DNA of 64,000 nt from a virus. Lineage: Duplodnaviria; Caudoviricetes. The DNA lies in the IMG/VR virus record IMGVR_UViG_2974671799_000001, positions 160,001-224,000 of that record, one strand, 5' to 3'. Within the stretch, counting starts at the first letter, position 1. Every line of letters begins with the position of its first letter. A program made the translations under genes and the position numbers. Below, one piece after another: positions 37,391 to 48,796 of the stretch. Under the pieces are notes generated by a model, which was given only the letters and a program-made list of their open reading frames with translations, was not told where the DNA came from and did not search any database.

Positions 37391-37408
37391 TGTTCGTTTG
37401 ATTTATTA

Positions 37409-39148
37409 TTATAAATTAACCCATTGGTCATTTTCTTTTAAAAATATCATTACCCCGTTACTTGGTAATAATTGAGTTGCTCCACCTTCTTGATATACTT
37501 CAAAACCACCTCTTAAAATAGGTGTTTCATTTTTATTCGTAATTATATCACCGATATCAGAAAGTCCTAAATTTGGGTCTGTATCTTCACTAACTACGAT
37601 TCTACGAGTTATTTTCTTTTTTGATGAGCCGATTATTTCTGTTTCAACCTTATCATAAAAACCGTTAATCTTAGCACTTTCATTTTCCTCTGTTATTATA
37701 TCTATATTTACAGAGTTAATTTCAGGTAAATCAACTAAAGCATTTACGAAATCTGAGCGCGAAATTAGGTCATTTGATGTATCTTTATCAACATCACCAT
37801 ATGTCTTTTTCATCATAATTTCAGAAATAACATCTTCTACTTTATATTTAAAATCTAGTTTATCATAAACTATGCTATTGTCGATAAAAACGAACATTGC
37901 ATATTTTTTGATAACTGGGTTATGAAATACAAATTCTGTAGATACCCAATCTCTTCTAGAAGCATCTAACATTCCTTTAATAGATGTTTTCTGTGTTTCT
38001 GTTAGAGAAAACTTACTTTCATCCAATGTCAAATATTCCCTCATTGAAGATAATGTAATCTTTGGTAATGCTAATAAGTTGAAAATTAAATCATCTTCGT
38101 CAGTCCAAGCATCAATATGAGATAAGATACTTAATCTAGAAAGATAACTTTTCATATATTCAGGTCTAGCAAAAGTTAAAGCTCTAGAGCTATAACCAGT
38201 CATTGCTCTTGTTAGTTCAGAATCTTCGCCATCAGAACCTAAATCAAAACCACTTTCTTTTACAATACTTACATATTGACCTGCGTTTATTCCGTTTCCT
38301 TGTATATCTCTTAAACCGCTAATTATTTCAAATGTTGTTGAATCGTTTGTTGTGTTTCCTGCCTCACCATTTGTCACAAGATATTCAACCCTGATAACAT
38401 CACCAGTCTCAACGGCTTTTCCTGATGTTCCGTTACCAAAAATAATATCAACTTGGTTACCGAATCCAACTCGCTTTAAATAGGCTTTTTCATCAACAAT
38501 CATATCTTTTAATGAATCGTTTTTACTCCAAAGCTCATTATTTACATAAACTTTTAAATCATAATGTTCAATATACTCTGAATCATCTAGATTAATAGTG
38601 TAAAGCTTATTACCAACTAAGTTACTATTTCCATCTATAACAAATGTTTGCGATTTCCTTGTACCTTCAATTAATTGTAGAAATTGATAAGGTTTTGATG
38701 TATCAATCCTCGTATCTATCTCATTTTGAAGTATATATGTAAGTCCATTTTCAACATTTCTAAAAATAGAATCACTACTAAGTATTACGGTTCTACCAAA
38801 CTCTTTTAGGTCGCCATTTAAAAGTGTCATTCTTACAGCCCCTCTAGCTGATATTGGTAAAACTGGGTTATGACCTGTCATTTGTGCAATACCTCTGATA
38901 TTTCCTTCATTTTGGGCTGTGAAAATATTTAATTCATTTTCTGCTGTTTCTTGGTTTAAAAGGTGTAATGTTGATACATCTTTAGTGACATCTATTGTTA
39001 GATTGAAAAGATTTGCTATTGATTTAAAACGATTTGGTATATTTTTATCAATATATTCTCTGATACTTGCACTTATTGAATCTATGTTTGTATAAGCATC
39101 TTTAAGGAATTTGAATTTATCCTTAAAATATAAATTTACTTTTGGCAT
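37409..39148 (-). CDS. baseplate wedge subunit (T4 gp6-like)
   Basis: ELNIFTAQ...IAQMTGHNP...SARG, LKVYVNNELW, IIFGNGTSGK...GDVIRVEYLVTNGEAGN, GSDGEDSE...RA are gp6/baseplate-J-like motifs. Confidence 0.85.
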   Translation of the reverse strand: MPKVNLYFKDKFKFLKDAYTNIDSISASIREYIDKNIPNRFKSIANLFNLTIDVTKDVSTLHLLNQETAENELNIFTAQNEGNIRGIAQMTGHNPVLPISARGAVRMTLLNGDLKEFGRTVILSSDSIFRNVENGLTYILQNEIDTRIDTSKPYQFLQLIEGTRKSQTFVIDGNSNLVGNKLYTINLDDSEYIEHYDLKVYVNNELWSKNDSLKDMIVDEKAYLKRVGFGNQVDIIFGNGTSGKAVETGDVIRVEYLVTNGEAGNTTNDSTTFEIISGLRDIQGNGINAGQYVSIVKESGFDLGSDGEDSELTRAMTGYSSRALTFARPEYMKSYLSRLSILSHIDAWTDEDDLIFNLLALPKITLSSMREYLTLDESKFSLTETQKTSIKGMLDASRRDWVSTEFVFHNPVIKKYAMFVFIDNSIVYDKLDFKYKVEDVISEIMMKKTYGDVDKDTSNDLISRSDFVNALVDLPEINSVNIDIITEENESAKINGFYDKVETEIIGSSKKKITRRIVVSEDTDPNLGLSDIGDIITNKNETPILRGGFEVYQEGGATQLLPSNGVMIFLKENDQWVNL

Positions 39149-39168
39149 AATTGTTTTATTTTAATAAG

Positions 39169-39537
39169 TTAATCGAAAAGGAATGTTTTTTCTCTCGCAT
39201 CACCATCATAAGGTTTCGCTAAAATATCAATTAAAGCTATATCCCTTTCGTTTCCTTGCATAAATCTAACTCCGACATCCCATGCTTGTAACTCTTCATT
39301 AGTGAAACAATATTTCGAAATAGCATTTTTCAACTCTGATTTGATTTGTGCTTCATTTGCATTTAAACGCCAAATAAGACCTTCTGCATCGAATCCGAAA
39401 TCATTATTTCCTAAAACATCCATAGGTTTAGTTGTTAACAAAAGTTCAACTTCGCTAAAAAATAAGTCTATGATAGATGTTAATATAGGTTGTTGATTAT
39501 TACCCTTTTCTGTTTCCATGAAAAAATTAAAATCCAT
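39169..39537 (-). CDS. baseplate wedge protein (gp25-like)
   Basis: LLLTTKPMDVLGNNDFG...IKSELKNAISKY pattern; adjacent to the gp6-like gene. Confidence 0.7.
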   Translation of the reverse strand: MDFNFFMETEKGNNQQPILTSIIDLFFSEVELLLTTKPMDVLGNNDFGFDAEGLIWRLNANEAQIKSELKNAISKYCFTNEELQAWDVGVRFMQGNERDIALIDILAKPYDGDAREKTFLFD

Positions 39538-39543
39538 ATTAAT

Positions 39544-41037
39544 TTATGTTATTTGTACCCATGTTTTCAAAGTACCATCCCATTGATACCTTGTACCATC
39601 TTCGTACTCGATTATATTATTTTCTACATCAATTAAATCACCTAAATAACTCTTTTTAGAAATGATGTTATTTATAGTGAAATTACCACCTTCTGAAATC
39701 TTTTTAACAGTATTATCAAATGCCTTAAATAACTCTTCATTTGAAATACGTACACTATTTGATGCACCATTTACATTACCAGTTAAAATCAATTGAATAT
39801 TTTTAGTATTTTCATCCAATTGGCTTTTCGCATTAAGTAAATCTTGCTGACTCATCATAATAGTTAGATACTTATCCAATTGTAATTTTTGATTTGCGAT
39901 AACTTCTAGTAATTTTTCTGCGGTATTTGTAAGTGTAGTAACTCTATTTAAAACATCCATGTATAACTTCATAGATACTTGTGAATAATCATTTATAGAT
40001 ATCTCACTAGTAACATGGTTTGTAGAGTTTGAAAATTTCAAGTTTAAACCGAATGAGAAACCATTACCACTAACATTTACACTAGGTTGGTACTTCATAA
40101 CTTTTGGTAATTGACCAACACCTGCAATTGCTGTATTGAAATCTTCTAGAACAAAAATACCATATAAATTTGTTCTTGTTAAAGTCTCATCATCTTTATC
40201 ATAAATATCATAATAAAGGGCTATTGCATTAAATTCAAAATCACCTTTTTGATGTTTTGATGTGTCATTATAGATATCAACAAAATCAATACCACAATCA
40301 GATAAATCATTACCTACTTCATATTGTTTTGTTGAACTGTTATCATAAATAGCACTTGCATTATCTGTATTAGCATTATATTGAGATTCTAAACCTGCTG
40401 AATAATCTTCACCACCACCAGTAGGAATTAAACCACTACCGAAATTAATATCACTTCTTTTGAAATTAATTGTTTCCATAGCACCTTTGCTAGTCGGTAA
40501 ATTAATGAACATTTCAATATACTCATTACCTTTATCCTTTGTATGCTTCATTACATTCACATCACCAACGAATTTAACTATTGGCTCATAATTAGCATCT
40601 TTTGCACGCTCTCTATAAATTCTTTTTGTTACCCCGTGTTCAATAACGTTTTCACCTGAATCAACCATTTCCATAGCTCCCAACTTTTGTAATGTCTTCC
40701 AAAATGAAGCCTCTGCATAGTTGGCTAAAGAATTATCAGTTCTTGATGTCTCTGAATGTTGAATTAAGTTTTCTGTATAGTTTTGTAAAATTTTCGGGAA
40801 TACTTGGTTGGGGTCTGTTATTAATGGTTGACCTACTTCTGTTGGGTCTAAATACATTCTTTGATTTGTTGTATTTTGCCAATCAGGAAGACGTAATGCA
40901 ACAAATTTACTTGGTGCAATTCTAACGTTACTATCATTAAATAAGTAACTAAAATCGTTTACTGTTGAGCTAAATGTATAGAATGTACCCCCTTCTGTTT
41001 TCAATCCATTTAGAATTGGAACACTTGATGTTATCAT
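39544..41037 (-). CDS. putative baseplate or tail structural protein (start revised to MITSS)
   Basis: Late motif acaataaata on the minus strand at 41070-41079; FEFNAIALYYDIY...TNLYGI; coiled-coil C-terminus. Confidence 0.65.
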   Translation of the reverse strand: MITSSVPILNGLKTEGGTFYTFSSTVNDFSYLFNDSNVRIAPSKFVALRLPDWQNTTNQRMYLDPTEVGQPLITDPNQVFPKILQNYTENLIQHSETSRTDNSLANYAEASFWKTLQKLGAMEMVDSGENVIEHGVTKRIYRERAKDANYEPIVKFVGDVNVMKHTKDKGNEYIEMFINLPTSKGAMETINFKRSDINFGSGLIPTGGGEDYSAGLESQYNANTDNASAIYDNSSTKQYEVGNDLSDCGIDFVDIYNDTSKHQKGDFEFNAIALYYDIYDKDDETLTRTNLYGIFVLEDFNTAIAGVGQLPKVMKYQPSVNVSGNGFSFGLNLKFSNSTNHVTSEISINDYSQVSMKLYMDVLNRVTTLTNTAEKLLEVIANQKLQLDKYLTIMMSQQDLLNAKSQLDENTKNIQLILTGNVNGASNSVRISNEELFKAFDNTVKKISEGGNFTINNIISKKSYLGDLIDVENNIIEYEDGTRYQWDGTLKTWVQIT

Positions 41038-41107
41038 ATCTGTTAATGTTTTAAATATTTTTCTTACTGTATTTATTGTTCCAACACAAAATGGTTTTGT
41101 GAATGCC

Positions 41108-43819
41108 TTAATCGACAATCACAAAACCATTTTTTATTCTCTTTACACTACCAAACTTTGTTTCTACATCAAGTTCTAATGTATATGAACCTTTATATAT
41201 TAACATATTTCTATATACTAAAGAACTCTGTGTATCTAAAATTTCACCTGTTAGAGCGTCTTTTAAAGTCCAAAGGTAATCAGCACCATCAATTAACGTT
41301 TTAGTGTCTATAAACGCATAAAATGGAACACCTAGACTAACTATATCACCAGTAGGTGCTTCTTTTAATCTAGAACCCTCAACACCTCTAGGAGAATCTT
41401 TAACATATCCGAATGATTCATGTTTTATATTTATTTCCTCTAATGATGATACAATTAAATGATTACCAAGGTCAAAAACACTAACTCTAATACCTAAATT
41501 TTCATATTGTGTTTCTAATTCCGTTTTTAAATCTGATGTATTTGTCACATCAAAATTACTTACCACAGAACCGTTTATGTATAAATCATTCGCGCCTTTT
41601 GTCAAGTCAGGATAAATATTAACATAAGAACTAAATGGCATAACAGTATAAATGTCTTCCTTATGTTCTAGTGTTGTGTTATAATCAGAAGCATTTGTTT
41701 CTAAAATGAAATGATTGATACCAAACCCAACATTTTTTCCAGTTAACCTCAACATCAATTTAGAACTTAAAATATCTGTCTCAGAATATGATTGAATTGT
41801 CGCGGTAAAGTTATCCAATAATCCTGATGATTCATTTATAGCACTAACAACATCATTATAAAACTTATAATCTTCATCATAAATAGCTGAATCATAATGT
41901 ACTGTTACTTCAATCCAATCATGATGCTCAAACTCTTTTATTAAAATAGTTCTATCACCAGTTGTTCCATCACCTATTAAATCAACCATAAATCTAGCAT
42001 ACTCATAACCATAATCCGTTAACCTAGTGTGTATTAAATCACTGATTTTCAATGAGTTGTATTGAAAAGAATTTAATTGAAGTGTTCTTTTATCATAATC
42101 TTTTGCATTATAACGGAATATAAGGTTTGAATTTGTACTTTCTTGCCAAGTATTTATATCATAGGTATCATCAAAAATATCTATTTGGATAGTTCTATTA
42201 TCATCCTTATAAGTTTCAAAAGTACTCCAAAAGTCTAATCCTTTTAAATCACTTGTTTCACTTCTATCTAATTTTGCTAATTTGAAATCTATATTTCCTA
42301 AAACTATTTCAAATTCCTGATTATTTGGGTTCATTAATGTTACACCACCGTAATAATCAAATAGATAAACCATTATTTTAAACTTTCCAAGTTCTGCAAT
42401 TCCGAATTTAATAGAATTATCAACAAGTTCATCAATTTCGTATAATGATGATGTATAAACACTAACATCATCTTTTATTATTTCAAATTTGAACCTAGAA
42501 TATTTTGAAGTATCAGCGTCTATGTTTATTTCAACTAATCCAAAGTCGTTTCTAAGATACTTTTCTAAATAATCTAAATCATCTAAATGAAAGTTAACAT
42601 CATCAAGTTCATCAACTTCATAGTTAAGAACTTTATCAATCTCAAAATATTTATAATCGAATTTAGTATCTGTAACACCCGCTTGATACTCACCTGTATA
42701 ATTTGAGTCATTCGGATTTATTACCTTTAATAGAGGAACTTTTCTCAATACTTCATGTTCTGAAATTTCAATAACGCTTTGTGATAGGTTGAAATCGAAA
42801 CCACCATCTGAATGTTCATTTATATTAACATCAAAAAATGTTTGTACATTATCCCATATCCTAGCATCAATACCAACTGTTCCTTTTTGTTCACCAATAA
42901 TATCAACTATTTTTGTATTTAATGGTAAAAAGTCGCGTTCTAAAACACGTCTAAGAGCGTACATTTTTATTAAAATTTCCTCGGTGTTTAATAAAACATT
43001 TACATAATTAGGTAAACCATCAGAATCAAAAGTTCCATCCCAATCATTTATTTTATAAACTAGTTGCATTTGGTTTGTTTTACGAAAACCAGTAAGGCGT
43101 TTATCAATACTATCTAAAACCATTTTATCAACATCTGTTGTTGTGTATCTCTCACCATTTTTCCATATCTCTCGAATTGTTAAAAGGTCACCATACCCAA
43201 AATAATCTAAAGCATTTAATAAAGCATCATAAGAGCCAATACCCGCAGTTAATTCAAAATATCTCAAAAGGTATTCTTTACGCTTTTCATTCATTAATTT
43301 TTGGTCTATGTCTGATGTTTTATAGTCAGTATCACTAAATGCTTGATAATAATCATCATTAATATCAATTTTTCTATTTTGTGTATGAACAATCAACTTA
43401 GAATCTATACCTATTATATTTACTGATACTTTGAATGTATAAGATAATGGAACACCATCTATTTCATATGAAACATTCATATCAGTTTCGAAAGAACCTT
43501 CTTTATCACTAAAAACTAATAAGTTCCATTTACGAATTTGATAACCATTATTATCAGGTAATCTAAGTTCTGTATCTGTTGCTGATGTTGTCTCTATAAA
43601 ATTATCAGTTAAACCATCACGATATGCGATACTAAATTCTCTACTTGATACGGTAACGTTAAAGTTAGATATAGTTTTTGATGTATCGAATAATGACACA
43701 AACGTTTTATTATTAACGATGTTTATTGATGTGTTATCTAATGTTATAGAATCAACCTGCTGTTTAGTACTTGAATCTACATAAACACTAGCTTTTTTGT
43801 TTTTTAAACTTAAAATCAT
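41108..43819 (-). CDS. large putative baseplate structural protein
   Basis: 903 aa; IGSYDALLNALDYFGY (phage tail-I-like pattern); PKD-like C-terminus (YLWTL...GSYTLELDV); late motif at 43841-43850. Confidence 0.65.
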   Translation of the reverse strand: MILSLKNKKASVYVDSSTKQQVDSITLDNTSINIVNNKTFVSLFDTSKTISNFNVTVSSREFSIAYRDGLTDNFIETTSATDTELRLPDNNGYQIRKWNLLVFSDKEGSFETDMNVSYEIDGVPLSYTFKVSVNIIGIDSKLIVHTQNRKIDINDDYYQAFSDTDYKTSDIDQKLMNEKRKEYLLRYFELTAGIGSYDALLNALDYFGYGDLLTIREIWKNGERYTTTDVDKMVLDSIDKRLTGFRKTNQMQLVYKINDWDGTFDSDGLPNYVNVLLNTEEILIKMYALRRVLERDFLPLNTKIVDIIGEQKGTVGIDARIWDNVQTFFDVNINEHSDGGFDFNLSQSVIEISEHEVLRKVPLLKVINPNDSNYTGEYQAGVTDTKFDYKYFEIDKVLNYEVDELDDVNFHLDDLDYLEKYLRNDFGLVEINIDADTSKYSRFKFEIIKDDVSVYTSSLYEIDELVDNSIKFGIAELGKFKIMVYLFDYYGGVTLMNPNNQEFEIVLGNIDFKLAKLDRSETSDLKGLDFWSTFETYKDDNRTIQIDIFDDTYDINTWQESTNSNLIFRYNAKDYDKRTLQLNSFQYNSLKISDLIHTRLTDYGYEYARFMVDLIGDGTTGDRTILIKEFEHHDWIEVTVHYDSAIYDEDYKFYNDVVSAINESSGLLDNFTATIQSYSETDILSSKLMLRLTGKNVGFGINHFILETNASDYNTTLEHKEDIYTVMPFSSYVNIYPDLTKGANDLYINGSVVSNFDVTNTSDLKTELETQYENLGIRVSVFDLGNHLIVSSLEEINIKHESFGYVKDSPRGVEGSRLKEAPTGDIVSLGVPFYAFIDTKTLIDGADYLWTLKDALTGEILDTQSSLVYRNMLIYKGSYTLELDVETKFGSVKRIKNGFVIVD

Positions 43820-43900
43820 TGTAATATATTTTTCTTATTTTATTTATTGTTTGGAATTGATATTTAATTTACATATATTTGTTCCCTAAATTAAATTTAT

Positions 43901-44107
43901 ATGAATACAGATATTAATAAACCTCTAAAGGATAATGATGAAAGTGGTATATCATTTCATTCATCTTATGTGCCTTTGGAAAGACCCGACTTAGGGGAAT
44001 GGATGGAAAAGCACCATGTAAGCGGACAAATTATGTCTATTCCTAGTGCTTTGACTAAAGCAATAGAATATGAACAATTAAAAACAGAACTTTATGAAAG
44101 AGCTTAA
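43901..44107 (+). CDS. hypothetical protein
   Basis: 68-aa ORF behind a TAtaTTTG promoter divergent from the baseplate operon. Confidence 0.6.
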   Translation: MNTDINKPLKDNDESGISFHSSYVPLERPDLGEWMEKHHVSGQIMSIPSALTKAIEYEQLKTELYERA

Positions 44108-44552
44108 TAATGTTCTTAAAAAAGAACAACATGACACGTTTGAAGCGTTCGCTAAATCTGAAATGACATTATGGAACTACTTAGGTGATAAAGTAGGTAA
44201 AAATGACGTTTTTATACATCAAATCTATGACAATAATACAATTAAGTCAAGAATTTATGATAAATTTTACCCACTAATTACAGGTCTTGGTGTTCAATTC
44301 AAATCTATAGACCTTCTACAATTTGTTAAAATACCTAAACTTATCGAAAAAGGTATGGATTTTATGACAACAAATCAACAAATCAATGTCATTTATTTAT
44401 TAAATGATGTTAAGATTAATGGTGTATTAACACCATCAGGTACAACTATTATTCAAAAAGATGGTGAGGACGAAAATAATATTAATATACAATCTGATGG
44501 TAGTGAGTCGGTTAACTTTATTTGGTTAGTATTAGGAAAAATTAACAGTTAA
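44094..44552 (+). CDS. hypothetical protein
   Basis: 152-aa ORF. Confidence 0.7.
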   Translation: MKELNNVLKKEQHDTFEAFAKSEMTLWNYLGDKVGKNDVFIHQIYDNNTIKSRIYDKFYPLITGLGVQFKSIDLLQFVKIPKLIEKGMDFMTTNQQINVIYLLNDVKINGVLTPSGTTIIQKDGEDENNINIQSDGSESVNFIWLVLGKINS

Positions 44553-44563
44553 AAAATTGGTAA

Positions 44564-44899
44564 ATGAAAAAATTAAAACTATTTTTGAAAAACATTATCG
44601 TTGAAGCGATAGAAAAAGCAATTCCTAAAAAGGATATTTTAGAAACATTAATTGAGAATGTTGTTGCTGAAACAAATATTAAATTTGATGGTATTAAAGA
44701 ACCTGTAAATTTTTATATTATAGATTCAAGGTGTATGTCTAGAAATAAATTTCATGATAGAATGTCTTATTTCCAACATAAAAAATCAATTGGTGAATGG
44801 TATGAGCTTTGCTCTTCAACTATTTTTACTAGTAATGGTGAAATATGTGTGTTCTCATATGCCGAAGTAGATTCTGAAAAAGAAAACACAAGCATATAA
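44564..44899 (+). CDS. hypothetical protein
   Basis: 111-aa ORF. Confidence 0.65.
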   Translation: MKKLKLFLKNIIVEAIEKAIPKKDILETLIENVVAETNIKFDGIKEPVNFYIIDSRCMSRNKFHDRMSYFQHKKSIGEWYELCSSTIFTSNGEICVFSYAEVDSEKENTSI

Positions 44900-44975
44900 A
44901 CCAAAAAATAAAAAATCACACTCTTCGGAGTGTGTACATTAAATAAGAATATTAACAATTAAATAAAAATAGATT

Positions 44976-45551
44976 ATGTCATTATACGATGCTAACGCAA
45001 CTAGAAAAACCTTATTAGAATCTTTAACAAAAGATAAAAGAGAAATGATTTCAAAGAGAAATGAATATTTAATTTCTTTCGGAAGATATTTAATTACTTA
45101 CTTAGGTGGTCATGACTCAGATGGTAATATAAAACTAATAGGTGACCCAAATCAACCTACAATAGTTTTTAAAATAAATGGTGTTAGAAAAATATTTTCA
45201 ATTTTCGTAAAAAACTTCTATGTTTACCTTTCTGATAACTTCGGAAGAGAAGGTAACATACTACACAAATATAACCTCAACGATTTTAACAGAGATTGTA
45301 ATGATTCAGCACATTGTGAAATGATGATTGAACCATTATCAACATTATCACTAGAATCTAAAATTATCAATACAATTTCTGTAGAAGGATTCCCAAATGG
45401 TTTAGAATTAGCAAAATTAGATAAGTTCGGAAACGCTTATTGGTCTGAAACAAACCCAAAACTTTATTTCAACACAGATGATTTGAAGTCTGATATTGAT
45501 AAAGTAGAGAAATTAGGTTATAGCGTAAATCATAATAAAATCTACATTTAA
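44976..45551 (+). CDS. hypothetical protein
   Basis: 191-aa ORF. Confidence 0.72.
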   Translation: MSLYDANATRKTLLESLTKDKREMISKRNEYLISFGRYLITYLGGHDSDGNIKLIGDPNQPTIVFKINGVRKIFSIFVKNFYVYLSDNFGREGNILHKYNLNDFNRDCNDSAHCEMMIEPLSTLSLESKIINTISVEGFPNGLELAKLDKFGNAYWSETNPKLYFNTDDLKSDIDKVEKLGYSVNHNKIYI

Positions 45552-45600
45552 TATGATTTAAAGATTTTAGTTAAAATTATAAACCTAAACAAGATGCATT

Positions 45601-45786
45601 ATGGCTAATTTAAAAAGAAAACAACTAAAATTAGTGAAACTTGGTATGTGGTGGCATATCATGGAAAGGAGAAAAGTGCCTGTTTTTAAATTCTTTTACA
45701 GATATCAATGGTTCACTATATTCCCATATTACTATAATAAAGAAGAAGCAAAAGAAGCGTTTAACAAAATTAAAACAACAATATAA
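45601..45786 (+). CDS. small aromatic-rich hypothetical protein
   Basis: 61-aa ORF with ATG start. Confidence 0.55.
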   Translation: MANLKRKQLKLVKLGMWWHIMERRKVPVFKFFYRYQWFTIFPYYYNKEEAKEAFNKIKTTI

Positions 45787-45874
45787 TGAATACGCAAAAA
45801 TTAAAAAATTACGAAATCACATACAAAGAGCTTGATAAATTTATTTTCATATATTTGTAAAAATTAAAACATAA

Positions 45875-47893
45875 ATGAGTAAAAATTATACTGATAAGGT
45901 TAAAACCCTTACTGAATTAGAACGTATAAAAATACGTCCACAGATTTATATAGGGTCAACAGTTCCCGTAGAAAGACAAACACACGTTTTAAATGATAGT
46001 GATAATACATTCGAACCTAAAACGCTCGAATATACACCCGCTATTCTTAAACTATGTGATGAGGTTCTTACAAATTCTATAGATGAGCGAATTAGGAATG
46101 TTCAAGAGTTTGAAAAAACACCAAAATCAAAACAGAAAAATGTTAATGTAATTGACCATATTATTGTAGATGCTACAGAAGATGGGAAAGTAACTGTTAC
46201 AGATAATGGTGGTATTCCAGTTGAGTTTCACCCTGTAAATAAATGCTACACACCACAAATGATATTTGGTGAAATTGGTACAGGAACAAACTATGACGAT
46301 ACTGCTGATAGAAATGTTGCAGGACTTAATGGTTTAGGTTCTAAGTTAGCAAACATTTTCTCTAAAGAATTTTATATAAAAACTTGTGATGGTGTTTCTC
46401 AATATGAGCAAACTTGGCGAAATGGTTTAATCGATATAGAATCACCAACTATTACAACTAGAGCTAAAAAGGCTTACAAAAAACAAGCTATTGCGTTTAT
46501 TGGGTCTAAGTATGAAAAGAAGATTCCAGTAAAAGTTGTTAATGGTGATATTGGTAAAAGAGGTACTACAGTTTCATTTAAAATTGATATGTCATACTTC
46601 GATGGTGAAACCCTTAGTTATGGTGTTTTAAAATTACTGGAAAGAAAATGCATCCTTGGTGCGGCGACAAATATCGGTCTAAAAGTAACATTCAATGGTA
46701 AAGATTATAAATTCGATTCTTTTAATGAATATGTTGAAATGTATGGTCACGAAACAGTTTTCTACGGAAAGAGTAAAAATTGGGAATATGCTATTGGTGT
46801 AGTTCCAATGAATCAAGGTAATTACAATTATAGTATTGTTAACTCTGCCGAATGTTCTAGTGGTGAACACGTATCGCACGCTAATCATATTTTAAGAAAT
46901 CACTTGAAAGCATTCATGGCTAAGAATCATAAAATGGATTTTACAAATGATAACATTTCGTCACAATATGTACTTTATTTGAATGTTGTTGTTAATAAAC
47001 CAACATACGAAACCCAAACAAAGGAAAAATTAATAACTCCTAGAAACAATTTTGATGGTAAGAATGGTGGTAAACCTTCTATTTCATCATCTGTATTAAA
47101 GGATATTGAGAAAAGTGATATTATCAAAAACCTAATCCAACTACACAAAGAAAAAACATCTAGTGAAGACAGTAAAGCAATCAAGAAACAGGATGCTTTG
47201 AATAAAAAGAAGTCTGTTCGCTCAATTGAAAAGTTGGTAGATGCTACAAGTGTAACAGGTCGTAGTAAATGTGCTTTATGGATATTCGAGGGATTATCGG
47301 CAGGTAACTCATTTATTTCTGCTAGGAACTCAAAAATACACGGGTCTTATACACTAACTGGTAAAATAAAAAATCTTTATGGTCTTCCCAAGTCAGCTAT
47401 AGCAAGTAATGCTGTATTAAATGATATTGCAATGGCTTTAGGTATCACATATGGTAAAAAGATTGATGTTAGTAAGCTGAGATATGGAAAAATAGTTATT
47501 GCTGTTGATGCCGATGTTGATGGTATTTCTATTTGTGCGCAATTAATAACATTCTTTATGATTGTAGCACCCGAAATTGTTGAAGCAGGTATGTTATATA
47601 TCGTTAATTCACCTTTATATAAGCTGTATAACGGTAAAACTGAAAAGTACTTATATTCACAAGAAGATTTCGACAAAGCTTCTAAAAGAGGATTTAAAGT
47701 TGAATACTTCAAAGGTTTAGGGTCATTAGGAGCTAAAGAATATAGACAAATGGTTGAAAATCCTAAATTAATTCAATTGGTTGCTGATGATGAAGCAATG
47801 GATTCTATTAAGTTATGGATGGCTAAACAAACGAAAGATTATAACGCGCCAATGTATAGGAAGCAGGCAATGGATGTAATTTTAAACAAATAA
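45875..47893 (+). CDS. DNA topoisomerase II large subunit (T4 gp39+60-like; GyrB/ParE family)
   Basis: RPQIYIGS, DEVLTNSIDE, DNGGIPV, GLNGLGSKLANIFS GHKL ATPase; EGLSA, GKIKN, DADVDG TOPRIM; YFKGLGS. Confidence 0.95.
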   Translation: MSKNYTDKVKTLTELERIKIRPQIYIGSTVPVERQTHVLNDSDNTFEPKTLEYTPAILKLCDEVLTNSIDERIRNVQEFEKTPKSKQKNVNVIDHIIVDATEDGKVTVTDNGGIPVEFHPVNKCYTPQMIFGEIGTGTNYDDTADRNVAGLNGLGSKLANIFSKEFYIKTCDGVSQYEQTWRNGLIDIESPTITTRAKKAYKKQAIAFIGSKYEKKIPVKVVNGDIGKRGTTVSFKIDMSYFDGETLSYGVLKLLERKCILGAATNIGLKVTFNGKDYKFDSFNEYVEMYGHETVFYGKSKNWEYAIGVVPMNQGNYNYSIVNSAECSSGEHVSHANHILRNHLKAFMAKNHKMDFTNDNISSQYVLYLNVVVNKPTYETQTKEKLITPRNNFDGKNGGKPSISSSVLKDIEKSDIIKNLIQLHKEKTSSEDSKAIKKQDALNKKKSVRSIEKLVDATSVTGRSKCALWIFEGLSAGNSFISARNSKIHGSYTLTGKIKNLYGLPKSAIASNAVLNDIAMALGITYGKKIDVSKLRYGKIVIAVDADVDGISICAQLITFFMIVAPEIVEAGMLYIVNSPLYKLYNGKTEKYLYSQEDFDKASKRGFKVEYFKGLGSLGAKEYRQMVENPKLIQLVADDEAMDSIKLWMAKQTKDYNAPMYRKQAMDVILNK

Positions 47894-47908
47894 AAACCAA
47901 AATAAATT

Positions 47909-48700
47909 ATGAGATTAATAAGGAAAGCAAACGTGTCTATCAAAGTTGATGATAGACACTTAGAATTAGATATTAAACAATTTTCAAAATACCTTGTAAA
48001 TGGTATTTTGGCAGAAATGCTAGGTTTGGTTAAATATGGCACTTACATTATTAAACCTATTGGTAAAACAACCATTTCATTAACATCAATGAATAAAGAG
48101 ATTACAGAAGATGTAATTGATTATGTTATTGAATGGGAATCTGTAGAGGAATTACAAAATAAACTTGTTAAATTATCTTCTATTTTCTTAAAAGATATAA
48201 AATCATCTGATATTAAGTCAAGATATGAATCTGCATTTTTCGATGGTAAAGGTATATGTTTTGGAATAAGGGAAACTCCCGAAGGTGTAGCACCATACCA
48301 AGTACCATTATATCACCATGTTTATGACGGTATTAATATACCCGATGTAGTTCAAGAAAGTGTTCTTGGGTTATTAAATGATAAATTCATGTTCCAGTTT
48401 TATGTTGTCTCAAATGGTAAAAGGTTAGAGATAGAAGAGTTTGAATCTGATTTGGCAGAAGGTTTTAAGAAAATGTTAAACGATTATTTAACACGAGTTT
48501 ATGAAATTTATTCAGGAAATGTTGATATTTGTATATTGTGTGGTAATAATGAATATTCATTTATTGATATGCACTCGACTTTAAGACAGGGTAAAGAATT
48601 AAAAAGTTTAGGTATTAGTTTCATTGAATCAATACAAAAAACATTCATAAACGAACTTATTACTAAAAACTTATTTTATTGCACCGAAAATGATGAATAA
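47909..48700 (+). CDS. hypothetical protein
   Basis: 263-aa ORF. Confidence 0.72.
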   Translation: MRLIRKANVSIKVDDRHLELDIKQFSKYLVNGILAEMLGLVKYGTYIIKPIGKTTISLTSMNKEITEDVIDYVIEWESVEELQNKLVKLSSIFLKDIKSSDIKSRYESAFFDGKGICFGIRETPEGVAPYQVPLYHHVYDGINIPDVVQESVLGLLNDKFMFQFYVVSNGKRLEIEEFESDLAEGFKKMLNDYLTRVYEIYSGNVDICILCGNNEYSFIDMHSTLRQGKELKSLGISFIESIQKTFINELITKNLFYCTENDE

Positions 48701-48796
48701 TTATACGGTCAAGAGCAGATATTTTAAAAATATCTGCTTTTTTCATTTGTATATTTAAAATATTTCATTACATTTACATTCTAAAAATTAAACATT